This document shows, one piece after another, positions 1 through 13,526 of a stretch of DNA of 64,000 nucleotides. The DNA is taken from contig CM119268.1 of assembly GCA_051294375.1 (NCBI GenBank), positions 23,024,256-23,088,255 on the forward strand, read 5' to 3'. Source of the stretch: Paraspadella gotoi. Lineage: Eukaryota; Animalia; Chaetognatha. The position numbers were made by a program, and so were the translations under genes. A model generated the notes under the pieces. It was given only the letters and a program-made list of their open reading frames with translations. It was not told the DNA's origin and made no database searches. How positions within the stretch are numbered: the stretch's first letter is position 1; the number at the start of each line of letters is the position of its first letter.

Positions 1-228
1 TAGACAACACTAGCATCCCTCACCCCGTTACATTATTAAATATGAAAAAAATAATAATTAAATCTAATAGTTGGGCGAAATATATTACATTTTTATATTC
101 GTTTTAAAAATTTAGTCTAATATAGTAAAGCAAATAAACTTGTCATTTTTCATAAATATTAAAAAGTAATAATAAATAATAAGTAGTAATGGAACATATA
201 AATAACCTATCAAATAAATCACGATATT

Positions 229-229
229 T

Positions 230-262
<33 letters not shown>

Positions 263-2260
263 ACTTGGATCCACGCCACACGATTTACGCCAACAGCTGC
301 GTCATTTTCTGCGTCACGGGCGTCAACGCTTAAACAAGGATAGTCCTCGTTTGATGACTTTTTGATCGGAAATAGCTTTGGACACACAATGAAAATAGAG
401 AGAAAAATAGTTATTCGAAAAGTTAAACTCTCTCTCTCTCTCCTCTCTCCTCTCCTCTCTGCTCCTGCTCCTCGTCTCCGACTCTCCCTTCTCTGTCCGT
501 CTCTCTCCTCCTTCTTCTTCCCGGCTCCTCCCATTCCTCTTCATGGTGACTGATTCTCTCCCCCCCCTGGCTCTCCCCATCTCTCCTTCTCGTCTCTCGT
601 TCGTCGTCGTTCTTCCTTCTCCTCCTCTTCTCTGCTCTCTTCTCTTTCCACTATCACCCGTCATTTTAAACTTTTTCCCCAAATTCGACCGAGGAATTCG
701 TTCTGCGGCCGCAGGGCTGTCAGACTTCCGCCGCTCTGCCGCCGTCGACGCGCCGCAGTACAAAGTCTTTAGCCAATAGGCGTCCAGATTCGATCGCCAG
801 CGCCATCTCGAGGTCGCGTTGAAAGTCGTCGTCATCGTCGTCGTTTTTTTGGCGCCAAATTCCCAAAGATTCGATTTTTCTTTTTGTCGAATTCAAGGAA
901 TTAGTAGCGACGTCCGCCGCTTGGAGCGCGCCTGGTCAACGTGAACAAAAGAGCAATCTTAATTTATTTAATATATGAGATATAGTTGGGCGTTTAAGGA
1001 CAACAAAATATAGGATATCTAACTGGGTTCACCGTTTGTCCAACTGCGCCACTCCTTACCCCTAAACTAAGCCATTCTTCACCCAAAACTGCGCCACTCT
1101 TCTCCCCTAAACAACGACACTCTTCACTAAGGCGTAGTGAAAGTTACATACGAAAATTCTAATAAACTACGCCACTCTTACCCCTAAACTGACCACTCTT
1201 CACCCTTAACTACGCCACTCTTCACCCCCTAAAACTACGCCACTCTTCACCCCTAAACTTTACGCACTCCTTACCCTAAATACGCCACTCTTTACCTTAA
1301 ACTACGCCACTCTTCACCCTAACTACGCCACTCCTTACCCTAAANNNNNNNNNNNNNNNNNNNNNNNNNNNNNNNNNNNNNNNNNNNNNNNNNNNNNNNN
1401 NNNNNNNNNNNNNNNNNNNNNNNNNNNNNNNNNNNNNNNNNNNNNNNNNNNNNNNNNNNNNNNNNNNNNNNNNNNNNNNNNNNNNNNNNNNNNNNNNNNN
1501 NNNNNNNNNNNNNNNNNNNNNNNNNNNNNNNNNNNNNNNNNNNNNNNNNNNNNNNNNNNNNNNNNNNNNNNNNNNNNNNNNNNNNNNNNNNNNNNNNNNN
1601 NNNNNNNNNNNNNNNNNNNNNNNNNNNNNNNNNNNNNNNNNNCTACGCCACTCTTCACCCCTAAACTACGCCACTCCTTACCCCTAAACTACGCCACTCT
1701 TCACCCCTAAACTACGCCACTCCTTACCTCTAAACTACGCCACTCTTTACCTAAAATCGCCGCAATTCTATTTTCCCTCGAAGCGACGATCAACGGGCGT
1801 CGACTTCCGGCGTCGAAAATTCGAGCGACGCCGTCGAACGACGCCGCGTGGAAGAGAGCGGCGCCGGAAGAGGTTGATGAAGGATCGAAAGAGAGAAGAC
1901 CTGAGAGAGAGATGTTGAAGGAGAGGGCGTTGTTGTTGTTGTTGTTGTCTTCGTCGTCGTCTTTGTCGTCTTTTTCTTCGTCATTATCATTGTCGTTTTC
2001 TTCGTCGTCGTCATTGTCGTCGTTTCGTCGTCGTCTTCGTCGTCGTTACGTCGTTGTTGAAGTCGTCGTCCTATTTGAAGTAAACCAACTAATTAATGAA
2101 TAATTAATGAATAAGTACGTATATAAACGAACGAATATAATGAAATAATGGACAAATGATTGATTGCCAGTAGCTTTACAGCTAAAAAACTAGTATTGTC
2201 TGTTTTTCTTTTACTAAGAATTTAGAAAAACTTGAAAAAAAAAAAGAAATATCGCCGATA

Positions 2261-2297
<37 letters not shown>

Positions 2298-2926
2298 ATG
2301 ATTTGCTCAACGGGAGACAATCCGGTCGGAGTCTTCCAGAGGGGAGGGGCTTGCCATCAACCTTGAAGCCCTCTAGTTTCCATTCCTTCCACACCTTTCA
2401 GACTGCCGACGACCAGCTCCACCGTCGATCTCATCCTACTAAAATCCGCGCGCCTGAAGATAAATATTTGTTACAAATTGGAATTAAATTAATTAATTAT
2501 TAGACACACTAGCATCCTCACCCGTACATTATTAAGACATACTGAAAATATAATAATTAAATCTAATAGTTGGCGAAATATATTACATTTTTTATTTTCG
2601 TTTTAAAAAAATTTTAGTCTAGATATAGTAAAGCAAATAACTTGTCATTTTTTAATAATATTAAAAAGTAAAATAACATAGATATTAGTAATGGAACATA
2701 TAAATAACTTCAAATAATCACGATATTTTCGTCGCGTCGTCGTCGTCGTCGTGCTCCCACTCGTCCAACGCCACACGATTTACGCCAACAGCTGCGTCAT
2801 TTTTCTGCGTCAACGGGCGCAACGCTAAAAAGGATAGTCTCGTTTGATGACGTTTGATCGGAAATAATCTTGGAGAAAAATGAAAAGTAGGAAGGACGAA
2901 ATGGAGTTCATTCCGAAGAAGTTAAA

Positions 2927-2957
<31 letters not shown>

Positions 2958-5900
2958 CTTCATCGATCATCTTCTCTCTCTTCTCATCTCTCTCTCATCT
3001 CTTCTCTTCTTCTCTTCTCTCTCTCGATTCATACCGTCATTTTAACTTTTTCGCTCCATAATTCGACCGGACAGGATCTTTCCGGGCGCTCAGGGCTGCA
3101 GACTACCGTCGCCACCGCCGCCGCGCACTGACAAAGTCTTTAGCCCAATAGGCGTCCAGTTCGATCGCCAGCGCCATCTCGAGGTCGCGTTGAAAGTCGT
3201 TCATCGTCGTTCGTTTTTTGGCGCCAAATTCCCAAAGATTCGATTTTTCTTTTTGTCGATTCAAATTAGTAGCGCGTCCGCCGCTGGAGCGCGCGCTGGT
3301 AACGTGAACAAGGCATCTTAATTTATCTTAAATAGAGATATAGTTGGCGTTTAAGGACAAAACACATATTAGGATTTCTAACTGGGTCACCCGTTTGTGC
3401 AACTGGCCACTCCCTTACCCGCTAAACTAAGCCATTCTTCACCAAAACTCGCGCCACTCTCTCTCCCTAAACACGCACACTCTTCGACTAGGCGTAGCTG
3501 AAAGATTACCTCGAAAATTCCTAAAAAGTCATTATGAACAACAGTACATCAGTGAACATTAATTTGTAAAAAAATTAATTTTATGTTTTTTAATTTTTTG
3601 CAGTAGGCTTATTTATATGAAGATGGTACAACCAATATAAAAATTATGCCATTCATTTAATAAATAGCTATCTTGCCTGACTTTGGACATTTGGCTTTGT
3701 GGTTTAAGGCCTCCATACTCTTACTAAGATAATGACATAGCAGGTCTGCAATTGCTTCAAATCAAGACTACTCTTTCCAGTCCCGTTTTTATTCACTCCC
3801 AGAGACTGGCTTCTCCTATCAATGATGATGGACAATATTTCAAAGACATGTTTCAATTGTATGAAAAGACCAGCTCCTATAGTACTAACCTTATAAAATC
3901 GAAAATTTAAAAATGAGGCTTTTCTATTTTGATTGGCGATTTGAATTCCTCGTAAAAGTTGATAAAAGAAAATATCAAGTCCTTTTTAAAAATTCTTTTC
4001 ATTAAGTGGGTTACAAATTAAAAAAAAACTATATTAGATATGGAAAAAGTGAAATTTTTCAGCATTACAAATTAGCTTTTTCTTCATTTTTGACCCACTT
4101 AATGAAGGAATTTTTAAAAAGAGTTATAATTTCTTTTATCACTTTTTTATGACGAATCCAAATCTGCAAAAAATTTACAAAAAACTGGTTTGAATTTTAA
4201 CATTTTTGGTTTTAGTACTAGTATAAATTAGGCCTACTGCGTAATTGTACAAAATTTATTATTGAAATTTTTTTATTACATAAAGTGTTATTAATATAGA
4301 TGTTGTTCGTTCCCTCACTTTTAGAATTTTAAATTAAAGTTAAATTTAGAAAATTTACTTACGGTCCTTACTCTTCACCCCCAAACTGCGGCACTCTGCG
4401 CCAACTCGCCACTCTTCACCCTAAATACTCCTTCCTTACCCCTAGAACTGGCGCCACTCTTCACCCCTAAACTACGCCACTCCTTCCCTAAACTGAACCA
4501 CTCCTTCCCACCCTTACTACGTCCAACTCTTCACCCTAACTACGCCACTCTTACACCGCTAAACTACGCCAACTCCTTACCCCTAAACTACGCCACTCTT
4601 TACCTCTAAACTACGCCATACCTTCATCCATCCTAAACTACGCCACTCCTTACCCCTAAACTACGCCACTCTTCACCCCTAAACTACGCCACTCCTTACC
4701 TCTAAACTACGCCACTCTTTACGCTAAAATCGCCGCAATTCTATTTTCCCCTCGAAGCGACGATCAACGGGCGTCGACTTCCGCGCGTCGAAAATTCGAG
4801 CGACGCCGTCGAACGACGCCGCGTGGAAGAGAGCGGCGCCGGAAGAGGTTGATGAAGGATCGAAAGAGAGAAGACCTGAGAGAGAGATGTTGAAGGAGAG
4901 GGCGTTGTTGTTGTTGGTTGTTGTCTTCGTCGTCGTCTTTTGTTCGTCTTTTTTCTTCGTCATTATCATTGTCGTTTTCTTCGTCGTCGTCATTGGTCGT
5001 CGTCTTCGTCGTCCGTCGTTCGTCGTCGTCTTTCGTCGTCGTCTTCGTCGTCGTCTTCGTCGTCGTCTTTCGTCGGTCGTCGTTTCGTCGTCGTCTCGTC
5101 AGTCGTCATTGTCGTCGTCTTCGGTCGTCGTCGTCTGCGTCGTCGTCTTCGTCCGTCGTCCTTCGGTCGTCGTCTTCGTCGTCGTCTTCGTCGTCGTCTT
5201 CGTCGTCGTCTTCGTCGTCTCGCGTCTCTTCGTCGTCGTCTTGCGTCATCGTCATTGTCGTCGTCTTGTCGCTCTCAGGTCTTCGTCGTCGTCTTCGTGG
5301 TCTCTCGTCGTGTTCGTCGTCGTCTTCGTCGTCCGGTCTTGTGTCGTCGTCGTCGTCGTTTCGCGTGCCGTCAATCGTCCTTAGTCGTCTCTCGTCGTCG
5401 TCTTCGTCGTCGTCTTCGTCGTCGTCTTCGTCGTCGTCTGCGTCGCGTCTTGTCGTCTTTCGTCGTCGTCTTTTCGTCGTCGTCTTCGTCTCGGTCTTCG
5501 TCGTCGTCTCGTCGTCGTCTTCGTCGTCGTCTGTTCGTCGTCGTCGTTTTCGTCGTCGTCCGTATCGTCATGGTCGTCGTTCGTCGTCGTCTTCGTCGTC
5601 GTCTGTCGTCTTCGTCGTCGTCTTCGTCGTCTGTCGTCATCGTCGTTTCGTCTTCGTCGTCGTCCTTCGTCGTTCGTCTCGTCGTCGTCTTTCGTTCGTC
5701 GTCTTCGTCGTCGTCTTCGTGTCGTCTTGTCTGTCTTCGTCGTCGACTTCGTCGTCGTCGTTTTCGTCGTGTCTTCGTCGTCGTTCGTCGTCGTCTTCGT
5801 CGTCGTCTTCGTCGTCGTCTCGTCGTCTTGTCTTCCGTCGTCGTCGTTTTCGTCGTCGTCTTCGTCATCGGTCATTGTCGGTCGTCTCGTCGTCGTCTTC

Positions 5901-8900
5901 GTCGTCGTCTTCGTCGTCGTCTTCGTTTGTCGTCTTGCGTCGTCGTCTTCGTCGTCGTTTCGTCGTCGTCTTCGTCGTCGTCGTCTTCGTCGTCGTCTTC
6001 GTCGTCGTTCGTCGTCGTCTTCGTGCGTCGTTTTCGTCGTCGGTCTTCGTCGTCGTCTTCGTCGTGCGTCTTCGTCGTCGTCGTTTTCGTCGTCGTCTTC
6101 GTCATCGTCCATTGTCGTCGTCTCGTCCGTCTTCGTCGTCGTCTTCGTCGTCGTCTTCGTCGTCGTCTCGTCGTCGTCTTCGTCGTCGTGCTCGTCGTCG
6201 TCTTCGTCGTCGTTCGTTTTGCGTCGGTCGTGCTTCAGTCATGCTGTAGTCGTCGTCTTCGTCGTCGTCTTCGTCGTCGTCTTGTCGTCGTTCGTCGTCG
6301 TCCTTCGTCGTCCGTCTTCTTCGTCGTCTTCGTCGTCGTTTCGTCTCGTCGTTTTCGTTGCTCGTCTTCGTCATCGTCATTGTCGTCGTCTTGTCGTCGT
6401 CTTCGTCGTCCGTCCTTCGTCGTCGGTCTTCGCGTCGTCTTCGTCGTCGTCTTCGTACGTCGTCGTTTTTCGGTCGTCCGTCCTTCGTCTCGCATAAGTC
6501 TCGTCTTCCGTCGCAGTCTTCGTCGTCGTCTTCGTCGTCCGCTTCGTGCGTCCGTCTTCGTCCGTCGTCGTTTCGAGTCGTCGTCTTCGTCATCAGTCAT
6601 TGTCGTCGTTCTTCGTCGTCGTCTTCGTCGTCGTCTTCGTCCGTCGTCCGTTTCGTCCGTCGTCTTCGTCGTCGTCTTCGTCGTCGTCTTCGTCGTCGTC
6701 TTCGTCGTCGTCTCGTCGTCGTCTTCGTCTGCGTTTTCTGTCGTCGTCTTCGTCGTCGTCTTCGTCTGTCGTCGTTTTCGTCGTCCGTCTTCGTCGTCGT
6801 CTTCGTGTCGTCGTTTTCGTCGTGTCTTCGTCATCTGCATTGGTCGTCAGTCGTCTTCGTCGTCGTCTTCGTCGTCGTCTTCGTCTCGTTCGTTTTCGTC
6901 GTCGTCTTCGTCATGTCGTTTTCGGCGTCGTCTTCGTCATCGTACATTGTTCGTCGTCTTCGTTGTTCGTCGTTTTCGTCGTCGTCTTCGTCGTCGTCTT
7001 CGTCGCGTCTTCGGTCGTCGCGTCTTCGTCGTCGTCTTCGTCCGTCGTTCTTCGTCCGTCGTCGTTTTTCGTCGGTCGTCCTTCGTCGTCGTCTTCGTCG
7101 TCGTCGTTTTCCGTCGTCGTCTTCGTCAATCGGTGCATTGTCGTCGTCTTCGTCGTCGTCTTCGTCGTCGTCTTGCGTCGTCGTGTTTTCGTCGTCGTCT
7201 TCGTCATTCGTCGTTTTCCGTCGTCGTCTTCGCTCATCGTCATTGTCGTCGTCTTCGGTCGTCGTCGTTGTTTCGTCGTCGTCTTCGTCGTCGTCTTCGT
7301 CATCGTCGTCTTCCGTCGTCGTCTTCGTCGTCGTCTTCGTCGTCGTCGTTTCGGTCGTTCGTCTTCGTCATCGTCATTGTCCGTCGTCTTCGCGTCGTCG
7401 GTTTTCGTCGTGTATTCGTCGGTCGTCTTCGTCGTCGTCGTTTTCGTGTCGTCTTCGTCGTCGTCTTTCGTGTCGTTCGTTTTCGTCGTCGTCTTCGTCA
7501 TCTGTCATTGTCGTCGTCTTCGTCGGTCGTTTCGTCGTCGTCTTCGTCGTCGTCTTCGTCGTCGTCGTTTTCGTCGTCGTCTTCGTCGTCGTCTTCGTCG
7601 TCGTCGTTTTCGTCGTCGTCCTTCGTCATCGTCGTTTTCGTCGTCGTCTCGTCATTCGTCTTTTTGTCGTCCTCTCTTCGTCCGTCGTCGTCTTTCGTCG
7701 TCGCATTCGTCGGTCGTCTTCGACTCGTCGTCTTCGTCGTCGTCTTCCGTTCGTCGTCTTTCTGTCGTCGTCTTTCGTCGTTGTCTTCGTGTCACGTCAT
7801 TGTCGTCGTCGTCTCGTCTGCGTCTTCGTCGTCGTCTTCGTCCGTGTCCGTCGTTCGTTTTCGTCGTCGTTTCTTCGTCGTCGTCTCGTCGTCGTCTCGT
7901 CTCTCTGTCGCTCGTCTTCGTCGTCGGTTACGTCGTTGTTGAAGTCGTCGGTCCTATTTGAAGTAAACCAACTAATTTAACTGAATAATTAATGAAATAA
8001 GTACGTTATACTAAAACGAACGAAATAATGAAATAAATGGACAAATGATTGATTGCCAGTAGCTTTACAGCTAAGAAAACTAGTATTTGTCTGTTTTTCT
8101 TTTTACAAGAATTTAGAAAAACTTGAAAAAAAAAAAGAAATATCCGGATAGGCGACGACGACGACGACGGACGACGACGACGACGACGAATGATCTGCTG
8201 CAACGGAGACAATCCGGTCGAGTCTTTCCCAGAGGGGAGGCTTGCCATGGGGGGGGGGGCGGCGACAACAGAGCAAGTCGCGGGTTCGAAGCCAGAAATC
8301 AGCTGATTTCGAGACGAAGACAAACGACGTAACTTGACGATCAACTTGAGTCAAAAATAAAGAATAAGTTTAATTCGAGATTTAAAAAGATTTGGGAATC
8401 AGAAGTAGAATCTAATAAANNNNNNNNNNNNNNNNNNNNNNNNNAAAAAAAAATAAGACTAAACATTCCTACTATTTTATATCGTATCATACGTACTAAA
8501 CTACTAATTGTTTACTAGATAGTTTAGAAATGGATGTTATTTTAAAGCGTTTGTATCAGAATTTAAATGGTTTAAGTTTAAATTCACATCGAAGAAAAAG
8601 GCAAAAAATGTCAGAATGACTACGATGACGATGATTCCAATAATATAAACAATAAAAACTGAAACAATAAAAACTAAAACAATAAAAACTAAAACAATAA
8701 AAACTAAAACAATAGGAAAGACGACGACAATGACAATTATCAGGACTTCGACAATTCAAACAACAACGAAAACTTGAAAAACAAAATTAAAAAGAACAAT
8801 GACAACCAAAACAACAATATTAACTAAAACAAACAAAAACAATAACAACAACAACAACAACAACGAAAACTAAAACAACAACAACGACAACAACAACGAC

Positions 8901-9416
8901 AACAACAACGACAACAACTACAACAAAAACAACAACAACAACAACGAAAACCACAACAACAACGACAACAACAACGACAACAACAAACAACAACAAACAA
9001 CAACAACAACAACAACAACAACGACCTGTTTTAGACACGACGATGGGAAACGAGGAATCAAATTCGTCGACGACAAAAAAACATTTTTCGTCGAATCGAT
9101 GACCCAAACTGATCAGACGGGAGAGGCGGAGGGAGGCTGCGTCGGCAACGTCGGCAGCGGCGTCGGCGTTCTCTTCCTCCCGCTGTCGCGGCGTCAAAAC
9201 TAGAACGACGCCGTCGATTTCTGAGAAATCCGACGCCGGGACGAGCGAAGGAAGATGTGAGGAGAAGGAGGGGAGATATGAGTTGGTTGGGCTTGGGATT
9301 GGGGTGGTTGGGCTTAGGGTGGTTGGGGCTGGGGTGGTTGGGATCAGGGTGGTGGGAAAGAGGAAGGTGGGGAGTGGTGTGGCGTCTTGTGGAGAAGATC
9401 GTGTGGGCGAAGACAT
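229..9416 (-). CDS. Putative multi-exon gene with WD40-like motifs, partly duplicated in the assembly; structure unresolved
   Basis: GC-richer blocks with AG/GT ends: 9416-9025 (MSSPT...IVVSKT|gt), ~8345-8150, 1900-1751 (copy 4875-4724; AASFDGVARIFDA resembles WD40 SASxDGTxRIWD), 931-~720 (in phase with the previous exon), ~375-229 (VNRVAW resembles a WD strand). Indels prevent a full model. Confidence 0.35.
1043..1755. repeat. 23-bp minisatellite (ctacgccactcttcacccctaaa), second copy at 4371-4725; spans N-gap 1345-1642
   Basis: Directly visible tandem units; the array starts at the donor site of the 1900-1751 exon. Confidence 0.9.
3489..4370. mobile_element. Non-autonomous TIR element (MITE) with long internal inverted repeats, inserted in the 23-bp minisatellite
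   Basis: Ends ta(a)ggcgtag...gaaaattcctaaaaagt...gaacaaca and tgttgttcg...actttttagaatttt...acttacggtcctta are inverted. Internal 3955-4015 and 4090-4150 are inverted copies. 3700-3860 resembles 41700-41830. Only the left end is present at 1128-1163. Confidence 0.55.
4925..7930. repeat. ~3-kb (GTC)n/(cttcgtcgtcgt)n satellite
   Basis: Directly visible; produces spurious poly-S/R/V and poly-D/T ORFs. Confidence 0.95.
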
Positions 9417-10000
9417 CTTGTGGTCAAAAGTGGCGGGAGATGAATGACTTGAATTGTTGTTGTTGTTTATTTTTTATTATTTCGACGATGTTGTTGTTGT
9501 CGTTGTTATGGTAGTTGTTTTTTTTGTTGTTTTTGTTGTTATTGTTGTAGTTATTGTTGTAGTTATTGTTGAGGATCATAGAAAAAACGATTTAGTTCAG
9601 CGATGAAGAAAAACAAAGTTTTTTTGTGGAGAAAATTTTTAAATTTTTGGAGAAAATTGAAGAAAAAAATAATTAGAAATTTTAATGTTGAGATGTGAGA
9701 TTTTTGAAGATGTGATGTGATGTCGGAAGACTTGGCTCACGAGGCAATAGTGCCGCCGGGTCTCGTGTTCGAATCCAGAATATCAATAATTAATTTTGAT
9801 CTGGTTAAAGAAAAATGGTTAAAAGTGAAATGGGTAGGAAAATTAAAAAGTAATAAAAGAAAGATTTAATCAAGAAAAAAAGAAAAAATTGAAATTTTAA
9901 CTTCAAACCTGAAATTTTCTTTTTGCTCCAAAATTCAAAAGGAGAAAACTGGAAAACCAGAAGGTAAATTTTGGGGGAGAGTTTGACTTGGCAACTGGCT

Positions 10001-10038
<38 letters not shown>

Positions 10039-10435
10039 TTGTATAAAACATTCCTTGAAAAGGTGTGTATTTTGTCAACAGAATCAACAAACGTGAACAA
10101 AAGCAAACGAGTGAGTGAATGTAAATAAGAAAAAGAGGAGTGGGTGAAAGATAGTTAATTTAAAAAAAATTAATTTTCAAATCTTTTTATCTAATTTTAT
10201 GCAGGGATAAAAAAATATTGATATAGAAAGACTTTCCTTGTTGAAAATGTTTAACATGTTTTACTTTTCATTCGTTTTTACAAAACTTACTGATGAAAAT
10301 GTTTAAAATGACGAACAGATAAAATTTTTAAAAGTTGTAACTTGAAAAAAAAATTGGGACAATAAAAGAAAAGAACAAAAAAAGAAAAAAAAAGTAAGAA
10401 AGAAATTGTAACCGAAGTCGAGGTGAACTTTTGGG

Positions 10436-10515
<80 letters not shown>

Positions 10516-10793
10516 AAATATTTAACCATTATAGTAAAAACGCGTATTAAAGTCAATTAAAACTAATCGACAGCGAAGCCAAGAGAGAGTGAACCTCCGT
10601 GTTTTTATTAAAAAAACAATCATTAGTTAAAAATGTAAAGTGTAAGGAACTCAGGATCAACAGAGGGTTGCTTCCTTTGCCATTTGGCAATGAAAGATAA
10701 TTCCTTACTTTTTTAAAATAAGTTGCTTGATGGAACGTAGATTCTCACAAATTACAAACTTAAGTCTTAAGTTATCAAAATGAAATTTGAGAG

Positions 10794-11407
10794 AACAAGA
10801 ACGGTAATTCAAATGTGTTGCGCCGCAGTGACTGCCTTATCACGTGTATTTCTCGTGACATGACATGACACGACGTGAAATAACATGAGTACATGACTAC
10901 AATAACTTTCTTAGCCCATGTATTTATGACATGCACAAAATCGAAATTCCGTCTTTTATTCTTTATAGTTTTAGGAATTCCTGAAGGCGGCGCGAGCAGT
11001 CACTTAGATTTGAGGTTTTTTTCTGTCTTAACAAAAGAGCAACCAACAATAGGGAAATTATATGCATTTCAACGTAAGTGGGACAGACCGACGGACAGAC
11101 ATACCGAAGGACCGACCGACAGACCGACCGAAAAGTGATTTATAGAGTTGCTCCGCGAGTACTCGCGGCGCAACTTTTACTTTTCCTTTTACTTATCATG
11201 CCATTTATTCCTTACAGATTTCTTTAAAAACAAAAGGCAGCGCCAGTAGTCGCTTCGATTTGATTTTTATCAAATGAGCAACAAACTATAGGCAAGTTAT
11301 AAGCGTTTTTTACGTAAGTGGGACAAACCAATGGACAGACATACCGACCAACCGACCGACCAAAAAGTGACTTATAAAGTTGCTCCGCGAGTATTCGTGG
11401 CGCAACT
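10794..11407 (+). mobile_element. HINE/DINE-1-like non-autonomous Helentron element with a duplicated 3' part
   Basis: Starts aacaagaacgg..aattcaaatg..gcgccgcagtgact; internal (gacc/gaca)n microsatellite; terminal hairpin agttgctccgcgagtactcgcggcgcaact, present twice. Related copies at 57683-57878 (-) and 63734-64000 (+). Confidence 0.7.
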
Positions 11408-11489
11408 GAAAAACTAGAATGTAGATAAAATATAATTTCCAGAGATGGAGCAAAGAAGATTGAAGACTTTTAAATCTGCTTTGGGTGAA

Positions 11490-12330
11490 GAGTAGTGAGT
11501 GGGGAGTTAGTGGGGAGTTAGTGGGGAAGTTAGTGGGAGTGAGAGGGGAGTCAGTGGGAGTTAGTGGGGAGTTAGTGGGGAGTAGTAGGGAGTTAGTGGG
11601 GAGTGAGCGGGGAGTGAGTAGGGAATTAGTGGGGAGTGAGTGGGGAGTGAGCGGGGATTTAGTTGGAGTGAGTAGGGAGTTAGTGGGGAGTTAGTGGGGA
11701 GTTAGTGTGGAGTAGGGGGTGAGTGGGGAGTGAGGGGGAGTGAGTAGGGAGTTAGTGGGGAGTTAGTGGGAGTTAGTGGGGAGTGAGTGGAAGTGAGTGG
11801 GGAGTGAGTGGGAAGGGTGGGGAGTGGGGAGTGAGTGGGGAGTTAGTGGGGAGTTAGTGGGGAGTGAGTGGGAAGTGAGTGGGGAGTGAGTGGGGAGTTG
11901 TGGGGAGTGAGAGTGGAGTGAGCGGGGATTTAGTGGGGAGTGAGTAGGGAGTTAGTGAGGAGTGAGCGGGGAGTGAGTAGGAGTTAGTGGGAGTGAGTAG
12001 GGAGTTTGTGGGGAGTGAGTGGGGAGTGAGTAGGGAGTTAGTGGGGAGTGAGGGGGAGTTAGTGTGGAGTTAGTGGGGAGTGAGCGGGGAGTGAGTAGGG
12101 AGTTAGTGGGAGTTAGTGGGAGTGAGTGGAGTGAGTGGGGAGTTAGTGGGGAGTTAGTGGGGAGTGAGTGGGAGTGAGTGGGGAGTGAGTAGGGAGTTAG
12201 TGGGGAGTGAGAGGGAGTGAGCGGGGATTTAGTGGGGAGTGAGTAGGGAGTTAGTGGGAAGAGAGTAGGGAGGAGTAGGGAGTTAGTGGGGAGTGAGTGG
12301 GGGATTGAGTGGGGAGTGAGTGGGGAGTAA
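11490..12330. repeat. G-rich 11-bp minisatellite (ggggagtkagt)n
   Basis: Directly visible ~840-bp array. Confidence 0.95.
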
Positions 12331-12792
12331 GTCGCCATTGAGAAAGTCTGCAAAATTTCTCTTCAACCAAAAAGTTTTTGGTGAGACTCGAGTCTTTGTC
12401 AGATTTTGGTCTCGAATCTGCGAAATTTCGAGATGAAAGAAAAGAAAAAATAAAAGGAAAGAAAAAGAAGAAAATTTCGGGGCAAAAGCGAACGAGTTTG
12501 AACAGGAATAAACTGGAATTAATTAAGGGCCGACGTAATCTGTGTTGAAAGAGAAAATTGAGAGAGAATCTTGTCATAGAGACATCGATTAAATCGAGAC
12601 GCGAATAAGTTATTAATTTGGCGAGGAGAACAGAAATGATACAAGTATATATATTACCATATAATTATAAATGATGTTATTATTACTAGTTTAGAATGTA
12701 GAATATTTGTTCGCTTACCTTGCTCTAATTTGACGGATAAATATTGTACAGATTAACGACTGAAGGAAAGAGAAAAAAAAACACTTTAATTT

Positions 12793-12854
<62 letters not shown>

Positions 12855-13526
12855 TTAAGAACAAGAAAAACAGGTCAGGTCAAATCGAATTTAATGTGGG
12901 CGAAGTTTCTCTAGTTTTTTGTCGCTAAAAATTAAAAATAAAAAAACTGTTATTTTTTCACTAAATTGTTACTTGTTCAAGATTCACTTTTACTCACTTA
13001 AATTTATTCTTAAGTAATTCTCACAATAAATAAATGTAGCAGATTAATTTGTGAATTGTCTGAAATGAGATTGAGTTCCTCAATCTCATTTGCATATTGT
13101 CTGTAAGATAAATACCGTTTTTTTTCTCAATCATTTGCTCTTTAAAGTCACACGATGTATATAATTATAAATGTATGAAGACGAGACCTCCATAGATTCT
13201 GTTTGCTACTTTGTTTTTTTTAATGAAAGTTCACCATTTGTCCGACAGATGTACTCATCGATTGAGTCGCAAAAATCCGCAGAAAATTGTGAAAAAATGA
13301 ACAGCGCGATTAAAGTTGTAGTACAACTTTGTTCATAAAATATATTAATACAATATAATGAAATAATTGTTTACAATATAATAAAATAATTAGTACAAAT
13401 AGTACGACCAAAGTTCGTTTATAATCAAATTCTAATTTTAAATACTTAATTATTATCATGTATTATATATTATTATCATTATTATTATTATAATTATTAA
13501 TATAATAATATTCACCCTCTACCCAG

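Larger units (their letters stand above)
1..8248. repeat. Tandem duplication: 1-2356 is repeated at ~2501-8248, with a MITE and an expanded GTC array in copy 2
   Basis: 1-1160 matches 2501-3525; 1755-2045 matches 4725-4990; 2046-2356 matches 7925-8248. Many 1-bp indels and adjacent N-gaps suggest duplication of overlapping contig ends. Confidence 0.85.

Noticed and set aside
4887-7980. ORFs up to 1000 aa on both strands
   Set aside because: Translations of a stop-free (GTC)n satellite; all frames are open.
9725-9780. tRNA gene (gttcgaatcc B-box)
   Set aside because: No complete cloverleaf; at most a SINE fragment.
13223-13325. Pax start exon
   Set aside because: The ATG-led frame (MYSSIESQ...) offers only phase-0 GT sites, whereas the paired-box exon needs phase 1; the alternative has a very weak donor.
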